DNA of 64,000 nt from an uncultured Lachnospiraceae bacterium (GTDB lineage: Bacteria; Bacillota; Clostridia; Lachnospirales; Lachnospiraceae). The stretch spans positions 18,463-82,462 of the forward strand of contig CAJUSO010000006.1 in assembly GCA_910588965.1 (NCBI GenBank), written 5' to 3'. Below the pieces are notes generated by a model. The model did not search any database. It worked only from the letters and a program-made list of their open reading frames with translations, and was not told where the DNA came from. Each line of letters starts with the position of its first letter. Position 1 is the stretch's first letter. Positions 26,992-36,599 of this stretch are shown here, piece after piece. Position numbers and translations under genes: made by a program.

Positions 26992-29574
26992 ATGGATTAT
27001 TCAAGGGAGCATTTTGAACGGGCCGGCGAAGGTGCGCCGATTGAGTGGGGCTATGAACAGCATTGGGGGATGCGCAGCGTCCAGAACCTGGAGGCCGTCA
27101 TCAATGAGGGCCTTCGCGTCGCCCTGCTGGAGGAGACGCCGGATCAGTCGCTGGAGGTGCTGCTGGAGCATATAGGGAAAGCGCTGAACGGGGAGCGGAC
27201 CTATATATTTGAGCAGAACGGGTCTGGCGGCGATGACAATACCTATGAGTGGGCTGCCGATGGGGTGAAGCCGGAAAAAGAGAATCTTCAAAATGTTCCT
27301 TCGGAAGTATGTGCAAGCTGGTATCGGAATTTCAGCGTCGGTAAGCATATCATGATTGAGGACTTAGAAGATATCCGGGAATCCGAACCCCTTCAATATG
27401 AGAACCTGAAGCGGCAGGGCGTCCATTCCCTCGTCGTGGTCCCGCTTTATGACGGCGAGAACCTCATCGGTTTTTTCGGTGTGGACAACCCGCCGGTGAA
27501 GTCGCTGGAATACGCATCGAATATGCTCCAGACGGCGGCATATTTTATTGTATCCTCCCTGAAACGGCGCAACCTGCTCCGTGAGATCCAAAAGCGGAGC
27601 TATAATGTGCTGCATGCCCTCAGCGTGGACTACCTGTGCATCTACCAGGTCAGCTTCGACACAGGCGAATGCGAGGTATACCGGGACAGTGAACGGATAA
27701 ATATGGATTGGGCCGTCAATTTTAAGGACGGCTACCAGGCAGCCATGGAGCGGTATATTTCCCAGTATGTGGTTCCAAGGGACCAGGAACGGCTCCGCGC
27801 TGTGACGAAAAAGGACTACGTGCTGGCCCAGCTTAAGGCAAAGAAGAAGTTCTATGTCCGGTACGAGGTGAAGGACAGCCCCTATGGGCTCAAGCACCTG
27901 GAAATCCATTTTTCCGCCACGGAGAAGACGGAGGAAGAAAATTGCGCGATTTTTGCCCAGCGGGATGTCAATGCCGTAGTGGAGCAGGAAGAGAAGTACA
28001 AGCTAGAGGCAAGGCAGAGCTTGGAGGACATTCTGGAAGGTGCCCGGACGGGTATTTGGACGATTGAACTGGAAGAGGGATGCCAGCCAAGGATGTATAC
28101 GGACCGGACGATGCAGATCCTCTTGGGCGTGCCGGAGGGGATAGGGCCAGAGGAATGCTATCGGCGCTGGTTTGAAAACATTGAGCCGGACTACGTGGAG
28201 ATGGTGCAGGAGGCAGTGCAGGAGATATTAGAAACAGGGCGTTCCGAAGTGATTTACCCCTGGAACCATCCGAAGCAGGGGAAAATTTATGTCCGCTGCG
28301 GCGGTGTGCCGGACAAAACCTTCAAAAAACCAGGCGCCTGCCTGAACGGCTACCATCAGGATATCACAGATACCATGGTGACAAGGAAGAAACAGGAGCA
28401 GGCCATTATGGAACTGCTGGAAAGGGTCAGGCGGGCAAATTCGGCAAAAAGCGAATTCCTTTCCCATATGTCCCACGATTTGCGCACACCCATCAATGGG
28501 ATCCTGGGGATGCTGGCTATCATAGAGAGAAGCCAGGGGAATCCTAAGCAGCAAAAAGGGTGCTGGGAGAAAATCCGTGTGTCGGCGGATCATCTGCTTT
28601 CTTTGGTCAACGACGTCCTTCAGGTCAGCAAGCTGGAGAGCGGGAGGCCGGCGGTGGTGGAGGAGCCGTTCGACCTTCATGACGTATTGGAAAGCTGCAT
28701 CACGATTTTGTCCACCCAGGCAGAGGAACTGGGGATCCGCCTGTCGCTGGAGGAGGCGGGCTTGCAGCATACCAAGCTGATTGGGAATCCGCTGCACCTG
28801 AAGCAGATCTTGATGAATATCATTGACAATGCCCTCAAATATAACCGCCCCCATGGTTCCGTATTTGTCCAGGCAAAAGAGGCTGGCTGCCAAGGAGGGG
28901 CGGTACATTACCAGTTTGTGGTGGAAGATACCGGGATTGGCATTGGGGAGGACTTCAAAAAGCATATTTTTGAACCCTTTACCCAGGAACATCCCAACGC
29001 TAGGACCCATTATAGCGGTGTTGGGCTTGGCATGTCCATCGTAAAGAAGCTGGTAGACCAGATGAACGGGAGTATTGAGATAGACAGCCAGATTGGGGAG
29101 GGGAGCGTGTTCCGGATTAGCCTGTCCTTCCAAGCGGATAAGGCGTTGGGGATACAGCCTGCGGAGGAGGAGCCGGATGTGCGGGGCAATGTGGCTGGGA
29201 TGCGTGTCCTTTTGGTGGAAGATAATGAGATAAATTGTGAAATCGTGGAGTTCATGCTGAAGGAGGCAGGCGCAACGGTTGTGACTGCAAACGATGGGAA
29301 AGCCGCCGTCGATGCATTTGCGGCATCCAAGCCAGGTACCTTTGACTGTGTGCTCATGGATTTGATGATGCCGGTTATGAGCGGATACGAGGCAGCCTGC
29401 GTAATCCGCGGCCTGGATCGGCCGGATGCGGAAACGGTGCCTATCATAGCGCTGTCGGCGAATGCGTTCGAAGAGGATGTCGCAATGGCAAAGGATGCCG
29501 GGATGAATGAGCACTTGGCCAAACCAATAGACATCAAGAAAATGTTCAAGGCCATGATCCGGCTGAGGCGCTGA
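26992..29574 (+). CDS. Cytoplasmic hybrid sensor kinase (GAF, PAS-like, HisKA, HATPase, REC)
   Basis: GAF (RTYIFE..NTYEW..GFFGVDNP), MSHDLRTP, NALKY, DTGIG, GVGLG, LLVEDN..MDLMMP; no TM. Confidence 0.92.
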   Translation: MDYSREHFERAGEGAPIEWGYEQHWGMRSVQNLEAVINEGLRVALLEETPDQSLEVLLEHIGKALNGERTYIFEQNGSGGDDNTYEWAADGVKPEKENLQNVPSEVCASWYRNFSVGKHIMIEDLEDIRESEPLQYENLKRQGVHSLVVVPLYDGENLIGFFGVDNPPVKSLEYASNMLQTAAYFIVSSLKRRNLLREIQKRSYNVLHALSVDYLCIYQVSFDTGECEVYRDSERINMDWAVNFKDGYQAAMERYISQYVVPRDQERLRAVTKKDYVLAQLKAKKKFYVRYEVKDSPYGLKHLEIHFSATEKTEEENCAIFAQRDVNAVVEQEEKYKLEARQSLEDILEGARTGIWTIELEEGCQPRMYTDRTMQILLGVPEGIGPEECYRRWFENIEPDYVEMVQEAVQEILETGRSEVIYPWNHPKQGKIYVRCGGVPDKTFKKPGACLNGYHQDITDTMVTRKKQEQAIMELLERVRRANSAKSEFLSHMSHDLRTPINGILGMLAIIERSQGNPKQQKGCWEKIRVSADHLLSLVNDVLQVSKLESGRPAVVEEPFDLHDVLESCITILSTQAEELGIRLSLEEAGLQHTKLIGNPLHLKQILMNIIDNALKYNRPHGSVFVQAKEAGCQGGAVHYQFVVEDTGIGIGEDFKKHIFEPFTQEHPNARTHYSGVGLGMSIVKKLVDQMNGSIEIDSQIGEGSVFRISLSFQADKALGIQPAEEEPDVRGNVAGMRVLLVEDNEINCEIVEFMLKEAGATVVTANDGKAAVDAFAASKPGTFDCVLMDLMMPVMSGYEAACVIRGLDRPDAETVPIIALSANAFEEDVAMAKDAGMNEHLAKPIDIKKMFKAMIRLRR

Positions 29575-29733
29575 CTTTCCAAAAGGAAGGGCAGCTTTCT
29601 GCCAGGATGGATATGGGGATTTGTGATTAATTTGTGTTTTCTCACAAGAAGCCTTTCCATTTTAGAAAAAGTGTGGTATCCTTAATAGATTAAGGAGTTA
29701 ACCAACACTATACAGGAAAGAAAGGTAGAAATC

Positions 29734-30993
29734 ATGAAAAAGAAAATAGTATTAATCCTTGCGGCTGCCTGTGCGTTAGCTTTGGCAGGCGGCTGCGGGG
29801 AGAAGGGCAGCAACAAGCAGGAAGAGGCAAAAACCGAAAGCCCGGCTCCCGAGGAGGAGCCCAGCGGGGAAACCGAGGAAACCGGGGAATCCACCGACAA
29901 GGCAGGGGCAGGCACAGTCCAATATGATGCTTCCGATTATGTGGAATTGGGGGAATACAAGGGTTTGGCCATTACCTTGGGTTCCTATGATGTGTCAGAG
30001 GAGGATCTGAAATCCAATATTAACGCCCTGCTCCAGGAATATCCTGATTATGAGGACACCAGCAAGGAGATTGTAGAGAAAGGCGATACCGTCAATATGG
30101 ATTACGAAGGGATCCGGGATGGCGTGGCTTTTGACGGCGGGACTGCCCAGGGCGCATACCTGGAGATTGGTTCCGGTAACTTTATCGACGGTTTTGAAGA
30201 CGGCTTGGTTGGCAAGAAAGTCGGGGAGAAGGTTACCCTGGACTTAACGTTTCCAGAGAACTACAAAAACCAGGATCTGGCAGGCCAGGCCGTGGTATTC
30301 CATGTGACGGTGAACAAGATTGTCAAGAAGAAGGATATGACCTATGACAAGCTGACGGATAAATTTGTGGCGGATAATTTCGCCATGCAGGGCTATGAAG
30401 ACGTGGAGGCCTTCAAGGCAGGCATCAAGGAGCAGATACAGTCCAACAATGACTACCAGAAAGGCGTGGACATCCAAAGTGCGATTTTTGAAAAGCTAGG
30501 GGAAAACTGTACCGTCAAGGGCTTTCCGGACGGCTTGTTTGAGGAAAGCCTCGAAGAATACCTCAAGCAGTATGGAGAGAACCTGAAGGCGAGTTACGGG
30601 ATGGAAATGGATGAGTACCTGGAGAGCATCAACAGCACGGAGGAAGATTTTAATAAGCGGGCAGAGGATTATATCACCGATAGCCTGAATAACCAGCTCA
30701 TCTTAGAGGCGATTGCCAAGAAGGAAAATATTGGGGTGGATGAAGAAGGGTTTTCGGAGTATAAGCAGGGGATTGTGGCAGATTATGGCTATGAGAACGA
30801 AGACGCCCTCATTGAGCAGCATGGGAAGGAGTATGTGGAAAGGGCCTATGTGACCACAAAGACTTTGGAGATGATTACAGAAAATGCCAAAATCACCTAT
30901 GACAAGGATGCCCAGTCTGGTGCGGCAGGGACAGGCTCCCAAGGGGAAGGGGACGCAGCAGGGGATACCCAGGAGGATGCTGCAGAAAAATAA
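29734..30993 (+). CDS. Trigger-factor-like FKBP lipoprotein
   Basis: Signal peptide with lipobox LAGGC; LGEYKGL, GDTVNMDYEG, GSGNFIDGFEDGLVG, TFPENY..LAG; TF C-terminal LILEAIAKKENI. Confidence 0.85.
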   Translation: MKKKIVLILAAACALALAGGCGEKGSNKQEEAKTESPAPEEEPSGETEETGESTDKAGAGTVQYDASDYVELGEYKGLAITLGSYDVSEEDLKSNINALLQEYPDYEDTSKEIVEKGDTVNMDYEGIRDGVAFDGGTAQGAYLEIGSGNFIDGFEDGLVGKKVGEKVTLDLTFPENYKNQDLAGQAVVFHVTVNKIVKKKDMTYDKLTDKFVADNFAMQGYEDVEAFKAGIKEQIQSNNDYQKGVDIQSAIFEKLGENCTVKGFPDGLFEESLEEYLKQYGENLKASYGMEMDEYLESINSTEEDFNKRAEDYITDSLNNQLILEAIAKKENIGVDEEGFSEYKQGIVADYGYENEDALIEQHGKEYVERAYVTTKTLEMITENAKITYDKDAQSGAAGTGSQGEGDAAGDTQEDAAEK

Positions 30994-31032
30994 GGGTGTA
31001 CGGCAGCTTCAAGTGAGAGAAAGGATAGAATT

Positions 31033-32424
31033 ATGGATTTGACGAGTATAAAGGATTTGTACCGCAGGAAAGAAGAATACCTGGATAAGGAGGTAGCCAT
31101 CGGCGGATGGGTCAGGAGCATCCGCAGTTCCAAGGGGTTTGGGTTTATCGTGGTGAACGACGGTACTTTTTTTGAGCCCCTGCAGGTGGTGTACCATGAC
31201 AGGCTTGAGAACTTTTCAGAAGTGGAGAAATTAAACGTAGGGGCGGCCATCCTGGTAAAAGGGAAGCTGGTGCCTACCCCCCAGGCGAAGCAGCCCTTTG
31301 AAATCCAGGCAGCGGAAGTCCAGGTGGAGGGCCAGTCCACGCCGGATTACCCCCTGCAGAAAAAACGCCATAGCTTTGAATATTTAAGGACAGTTTCCCA
31401 TCTGCGCCCCCGTACCAATACCTTCCAGGCAGTGTTCCGCGTGCGGTCACTGGTAGCCTATGCCATCCACAAGTTTTTCCAGGAGAGGGATTTTGTGTAT
31501 GTGCATACGCCGTTGATTACGGGGAGCGACTGTGAGGGTGCTGGGGAAATGTTCCAGGTGACGACCCTGGATTTGGGGGATGTCCCCAAATCCCAGGATG
31601 GAGCCATTGATTTTACCCAGGATTTCTTCGGCAAGCCTACGAACCTGACAGTCAGCGGGCAGCTCAACGGGGAGGCTTATGCCATGGCCTTTAAAAATAT
31701 CTATACCTTCGGGCCAACGTTCCGTGCAGAGAACTCCAACACCACCCGCCATGCGGCGGAATTCTGGATGATTGAGCCGGAAATTGCGTTTGCGGACTTG
31801 GAGGACGATATGATACTGGCAGAGGGCATGCTGAAGTATATCATAGGATATGTGCTGGAGCATGCGCCGGAAGAGATGCAGTTTTTTAACAATTTTGTGG
31901 ACAAGGGCCTGTTGGAGAGGCTGCACCATGTCATGGAATCAGAATTTGCCCATGTGACATACACAGAGGCCATAGAAATCCTGGAAAAGAACAATGGGAA
32001 TTTTGAATATAAGGCTTCCTGGGGTGCGGACCTGCAGACAGAGCATGAGCGTTACCTGACAGAAGAGGTGTTTAAGCGCCCGGTATTTGTGACAGATTAT
32101 CCCAAGGAAATCAAAGCTTTCTACATGAAGCAGAACCCAGACGGCAAGACCGTGGCAGCCGTAGACTGCCTGGTGCCTGGCATCGGCGAGATTATCGGCG
32201 GAAGCCAAAGGGAAGACGATTATGGGAAGCTGTGCCAGAGGATGGAGGAATTGGGCCTTCGGAAAGAGGATTACGGTTTCTACCTGGATCTGCGCAGGTA
32301 CGGCTCTGCCAGGCATGCAGGATTTGGCCTGGGCTTTGAGCGCTGCGTGATGTACCTGACAGGCATGGGCAATATCCGGGACGTGGTGCCTTTCCCCAGG
32401 ACAGTGAAAAACTGCGAGCTGTAA
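31033..32424 (+). CDS. asnS: Asparaginyl-tRNA synthetase
   Basis: [43 protein letters not shown]. Confidence 0.97.
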   Translation: MDLTSIKDLYRRKEEYLDKEVAIGGWVRSIRSSKGFGFIVVNDGTFFEPLQVVYHDRLENFSEVEKLNVGAAILVKGKLVPTPQAKQPFEIQAAEVQVEGQSTPDYPLQKKRHSFEYLRTVSHLRPRTNTFQAVFRVRSLVAYAIHKFFQERDFVYVHTPLITGSDCEGAGEMFQVTTLDLGDVPKSQDGAIDFTQDFFGKPTNLTVSGQLNGEAYAMAFKNIYTFGPTFRAENSNTTRHAAEFWMIEPEIAFADLEDDMILAEGMLKYIIGYVLEHAPEEMQFFNNFVDKGLLERLHHVMESEFAHVTYTEAIEILEKNNGNFEYKASWGADLQTEHERYLTEEVFKRPVFVTDYPKEIKAFYMKQNPDGKTVAAVDCLVPGIGEIIGGSQREDDYGKLCQRMEELGLRKEDYGFYLDLRRYGSARHAGFGLGFERCVMYLTGMGNIRDVVPFPRTVKNCEL

Positions 32425-32450
32425 GCGCTTGCAGCGATGCCTATGGGAAC

Positions 32451-32505
32451 AAAAAATAGCCGCAGGGGGAAGCCAGACAGAGGCATGTCCCCCAGGCGGC
32501 TATTT
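32451..32505. terminator. Hairpin between convergent asnS and DHH genes
   Basis: AAATAGCCGC/GCGGCTATTT arms with an inner GGGGGA/TCCCCC stem. Confidence 0.6.
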
Positions 32506-32555
32506 AAAATTAATTGGGATACAGCAGGAAAATGGCAGAAGCCGCTGCATGGAGG

Positions 32556-33533
32556 TCAGCTGTCTTCCTGCATTTCCAAGATGGTATGGAGGAATGCGTG
32601 GTGGATAGAAGCATGCATGTTCTCCCCTAACAAGGGGATCTTGTCCTGCTGGATCATCCCGCCGGCCATGCAAGGGTGCCCGCCCCCGCTCCCATAAGGC
32701 GCCAGCGCCTTGGCAATAAGCAGCCCGGCATGGATATGCCCTTGTTTGCAGCGGACGGAAAAACGGAGCCCTTCCATATGCCTGGCATAGACGACAGCCA
32801 TATCTACCACATCTAAAGATAAGATAAAATCCGAAATAATGGCTACTAGGGCCTGTGCGCTGTGGAAGGGGATATACGCAAAGCCTGTGCCCTGGAAAAT
32901 CTGTATGTTCTGGATAGCCGCCCCATATGCCCGCAGGTCGTCGAATTCCATGGTATTGGAATACATTTCTGCGACCAGCCCCCAGTCGGCAGAGTGGAAC
33001 AAGTGGGAAAGCATTTCCATATCTAAAGCGGCGGTGCCCCGGGTAAGGTCTGCAGTATCCATCTTAATCCCGTAGGCCAAGGCGGCAGCGCAGTTGGAAG
33101 TAAGGGGGGTGCCGGTGCGCTGGAAATAAGAGGCAATGATGCAGGCGCAGGAGCCAACCGCCTGGATGTCCTGGTATTGGTACGCATAGGGGTAGAAAAT
33201 AGGGTGGTGGTCGATGCAGGCTACAACCTTGCCGGCCATATTGGTGATATTGCCGTTCATTTTCTGGGAATCCACCAGTACGATGAAGTCGTCCCGCTGC
33301 ATGTCTGTAATTTCCCCTTTGGAGTACATGGCAATCCCGAAGGTGTCCAGCATTTTCTTGACGCTGACCCGGTCAATCCTCCCGTCATAGCATAAGGTGG
33401 AGGGGATGCCGTGGAAGCCCAGAAACTGCTGCAGGCCAAAAGCGCTGGAAATGGCATCGGGGTCTGGGAAATTATGTGTCTGGATATATACCCTATGGTC
33501 TTGGAGTATATTCACTAAGTCTAATGGATCCAT
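32556..33533 (-). CDS. DHH/DHHA1 phosphoesterase (NrnA-like)
   Basis: HNFPDPDA, VLVD, CIDHH, GIKMDT, GGGHPCMAGG. Confidence 0.88.
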   Translation of the reverse strand: MDPLDLVNILQDHRVYIQTHNFPDPDAISSAFGLQQFLGFHGIPSTLCYDGRIDRVSVKKMLDTFGIAMYSKGEITDMQRDDFIVLVDSQKMNGNITNMAGKVVACIDHHPIFYPYAYQYQDIQAVGSCACIIASYFQRTGTPLTSNCAAALAYGIKMDTADLTRGTAALDMEMLSHLFHSADWGLVAEMYSNTMEFDDLRAYGAAIQNIQIFQGTGFAYIPFHSAQALVAIISDFILSLDVVDMAVVYARHMEGLRFSVRCKQGHIHAGLLIAKALAPYGSGGGHPCMAGGMIQQDKIPLLGENMHASIHHAFLHTILEMQEDS

Positions 33534-33582
33534 ATAGCGCTCCCTTCTGAAATTTATATCATTCCAATCTTAACATATTTTC

Positions 33583-33611
33583 TTGAAAAAGTCACCATAT
33601 TTTGCTATGAT
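33583..33611 (+). promoter_or_regulatory. Sigma-A promoter of recJ
   Basis: TTGAAA-N17-TATGAT with an extended TG. Confidence 0.6.
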
Positions 33612-33689
33612 GCATAGAGAAGCAAAAACCTCACGGCCCATAGCCTTGGGGCAGTAACGCATGGACAGAGGGGAAAGGATACGGCAGAG

Positions 33690-35450
33690 ATGGAGAAATG
33701 GGTAGTGTCCGCCAAGAAGGCAGACTTTAAAGGGATTGGGGAAAGATTTGGGATAGACCAGGTGACAGCCCGGATTATACGGAACCGGGATATTGTGGGG
33801 GACGCGGCAATCCGGGAGTACCTGCAGGGAGGCCTGGCTGATTTCCACAATCCCAGGGAAATGAAGGATATCTGCCTGGCTGCTGGGATTTTGGCGGGGA
33901 AGCTCCAGGAAGGGAAGAAAATCCGCATCTTAGGGGATTATGACATTGACGGCATCCAGTCCGTCTATATCCTGTATTCTGCATTACGCCGCTGCCAGGG
34001 GAATGTGGATTATGCCATCCCCCACCGGGTTACGGATGGGTATGGCATCAATGGGCGCCTGGTACGGCAGGCGAAAGAGGATGGGGTGGACACCATCGTA
34101 ACCTGCGATAATGGGATCGCGGCACAGGAAGAAACCGCATTGGCCAAGGAACTGGGGCTTACGGTGGTCATTACGGACCACCATGAGGTCCCATACCGGG
34201 AAGAAGGCGGCAGGAGGGAATACCAGGTCCCGGCGGCAGATGCAGTGGTGAACCCCAAGCAGCCGGACTGCCCCTATCCCTTTAAAGAGCTGTGCGGCGC
34301 GGCCGTGGCATTTAAGCTGGTGCAGGTGCTGTACCAAGACCTGGGCTTTCCCCAGGAAGAGGCGTTGGGGTATCTGGAGAATGCGGCCTTTGCCACAGTT
34401 GGGGATGTGATGCCGCTGACAGGGGAAAACCGTTCCCTGGTGAAGGAAGGCCTGAAGGCTTTGAACCGCACCCGCAATTATGGGATGCGCGCCCTTGCCA
34501 TCCGCAATCACATTGCACTTGGGGAGATTAAGGCTTACCATGTGGGGTTCGTCTTAGGCCCCTGCCTCAACGCCAGCGGCCGCCTGGACACAGCGAAACG
34601 TGCCCTGGAATTATTGCTGGCTGGGGATGAATATACGGCAGCAGGGTATGCAGAGGAACTCTATGGCTTGAATGCAAGCCGCAAGGAGATGACAGAGCAG
34701 GGAGCCGGGCAGGCTAAGGCGCTGGTAGAGGGCACGTCCCTAAAGGAGGATAAGGTGCTGGTAATTTTCCTGCCAGGCCTCCATGAGAGCCTGGCAGGGA
34801 TTATTGCAGGCCGTATCCGGGAACAGTACCACCGTCCGGTGTTTGTGCTGACCGAAGGCGAAGGGGGCGTAAAAGGGTCAGGCCGTTCCATTGAGCAGTA
34901 TTCCATGTACGAGGAAATGTCAAAATGCAAGGAACTGTTCCACAAATACGGCGGGCATCCCATGGCGGCAGGGCTTTCGCTGCCCAAGGAAAATGTAGGG
35001 CTGTTCCGCCAGAGGCTGAATAGGGATACCAGCCTGACAGAAGAAGATTTACAGGGGAAAATTGTCATTGACGTGCCCATGCCGCTGGATTATATTACCA
35101 AGCCCCTGGTGGAGGAGCTTAAGGTTTTGGAACCCTTTGGCAAGTCCAATGAAAAGCCCGTATTTGCAGATAAGGATATACAGATCCTTTCCCTAAGGGT
35201 TTTGGGGAAAAACCGGAACGTATGCCGGATGCAGGTGGAGAGCCGGGGCGGGCGCAGGATGGATGCCATCTACTTCGGCCATGTGGAGGGCTTCCTTGCT
35301 TATCTGGAAGAAAAATATGGGGAGCGCCCCGTCAGGCAGGCCATGGAAGGGCGGGGCGGCGGTATGTCCCTATCCTTTATCTATTATCCGGAAATCAATG
35401 TTTTCCAGGGGGCGGAGAGCCTGCAGATTGTGGTGAAGAATTACCGCTAG
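33690..35450 (+). CDS. recJ: ssDNA exonuclease RecJ
   Basis: GDYDIDG, TCDNG, TDHH, P.LNASGRL, GSGRS, GGHPMAAG, LEPFG. Confidence 0.96.
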   Translation: MEKWVVSAKKADFKGIGERFGIDQVTARIIRNRDIVGDAAIREYLQGGLADFHNPREMKDICLAAGILAGKLQEGKKIRILGDYDIDGIQSVYILYSALRRCQGNVDYAIPHRVTDGYGINGRLVRQAKEDGVDTIVTCDNGIAAQEETALAKELGLTVVITDHHEVPYREEGGRREYQVPAADAVVNPKQPDCPYPFKELCGAAVAFKLVQVLYQDLGFPQEEALGYLENAAFATVGDVMPLTGENRSLVKEGLKALNRTRNYGMRALAIRNHIALGEIKAYHVGFVLGPCLNASGRLDTAKRALELLLAGDEYTAAGYAEELYGLNASRKEMTEQGAGQAKALVEGTSLKEDKVLVIFLPGLHESLAGIIAGRIREQYHRPVFVLTEGEGGVKGSGRSIEQYSMYEEMSKCKELFHKYGGHPMAAGLSLPKENVGLFRQRLNRDTSLTEEDLQGKIVIDVPMPLDYITKPLVEELKVLEPFGKSNEKPVFADKDIQILSLRVLGKNRNVCRMQVESRGGRRMDAIYFGHVEGFLAYLEEKYGERPVRQAMEGRGGGMSLSFIYYPEINVFQGAESLQIVVKNYR

Positions 35451-35524
35451 CGTACCCTGCATCCATAGGGCGCTGCATCGGTACGTGTTTAAAAATGCCC
35501 AGGCGGGGCAAAAGGAGGAAGCAG

Positions 35525-36511
35525 ATGTTTGGAGTCAATAAAAAGCTGGAGGAAAAGGAACAGGAAATGAAACAGGCGCTTTCCTCCAAACAGGCTGAGA
35601 TAGACGGTTATGCAAATAAGCTGGCAGAGCTTGCAGGCAGCATGCAGTCAGCCTGGCAGCAGGCAGAGGAAGGCTTTGCATCCATAGAGGAAGGCCAGAA
35701 GGAATTGGCAGGCAAAATCAAAGGGCTGGCGAAATCCGTAAGTGAAGCAGGCGACAAGGCAAGGAGCCACAGCGAGAAGGCAAAGTCCCTGCAGCGGCAG
35801 GCGGGGAAGCTGGCCAGGGACGCTGAGAAGTCAGAAAGCGGCGGCAAGAAATCCCTAGCCCGGATCCAGAGGCAGGAAAAGGAAATCCTGGAAATCGTCC
35901 AGCAATATGAGAAGGTGGTGTCCCCTGCAGAAATCATAAAACCAGCGGCGTCGGGCATACGCGAGGACATCATGAAGATGCAGGAGCAGGTGGACAGCCT
36001 GGAGGATTTGGGCAAACAGATGGAGATGCGTGCGCTCCATGCAGCGATAGAGGCAGGCAGGCTAGGGGAAGAAGGCAGGGAATTTGTGGGGGCAGCAGAG
36101 GAAGTGCGCGCCTTGTCCGGGCAATATTCCTGGTTTGCCGCTTTCCTGTCTGATAAAATGAAGCATATCTTATCCAAGCTGCAAGAAGCGGAAGGGCAGG
36201 CAGGGCAGCTGGCGCAGCTTCTAAAGAACCAGAATGTGCGCCTGGAAAAAGCAGCGGCAGAAATCAGCGGCAGCGTAGGCCAGCTGGAGGCGCCGGACGC
36301 CTCCCAGTTCATTTCCGGCATAAGGGAACTGGCGGAAGGGATAGAGGAGGCCGCTGATGGCAGCAAGGAACTTGCCGGGCAATGCAGCCAGGCGGCAGAC
36401 AACATAGGGAAAGCAGAAAAGGAGCAGGCCCAGCGGCAGAAAAGGGACTTAAGGAGCCTGCGGGATCAGGCGAAGGAGGCAACGGAATGCCTGCAGGCGG
36501 CCAAAGCCTGA
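35525..36511 (+). CDS. Soluble coiled-coil protein with a degenerate MCP signalling domain
   Basis: AGGAGG RBS before ATG 35525; QMEMRALHAAIEAGRLGEEGREFVGAAEEVRALS aligns with the MCP hairpin tip; no TM. Confidence 0.7.
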   Translation: MFGVNKKLEEKEQEMKQALSSKQAEIDGYANKLAELAGSMQSAWQQAEEGFASIEEGQKELAGKIKGLAKSVSEAGDKARSHSEKAKSLQRQAGKLARDAEKSESGGKKSLARIQRQEKEILEIVQQYEKVVSPAEIIKPAASGIREDIMKMQEQVDSLEDLGKQMEMRALHAAIEAGRLGEEGREFVGAAEEVRALSGQYSWFAAFLSDKMKHILSKLQEAEGQAGQLAQLLKNQNVRLEKAAAEISGSVGQLEAPDASQFISGIRELAEGIEEAADGSKELAGQCSQAADNIGKAEKEQAQRQKRDLRSLRDQAKEATECLQAAKA

Positions 36512-36599
36512 AGGCTGTAGGCATGCCATAACCTGCCAGGGGCGGCTGTGAAGGCATTGGGGGATGCATTAGCTGATTGCTAGAAAGGATTGGGAAACG

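Noticed and set aside
28228..29514. 428-aa minus-strand ORF
   Set aside because: Antisense shadow of the hybrid kinase with no recognisable motifs.
30994..31032. T-box leader for asnS
   Set aside because: The spacer is only 39 bp and has no GGTGGNACC motif.
35222..35524. N-terminal extension of the MCP-like ORF overlapping recJ
   Set aside because: Out-of-frame overlap with recJ; the strong AGGAGG RBS points to ATG 35525.
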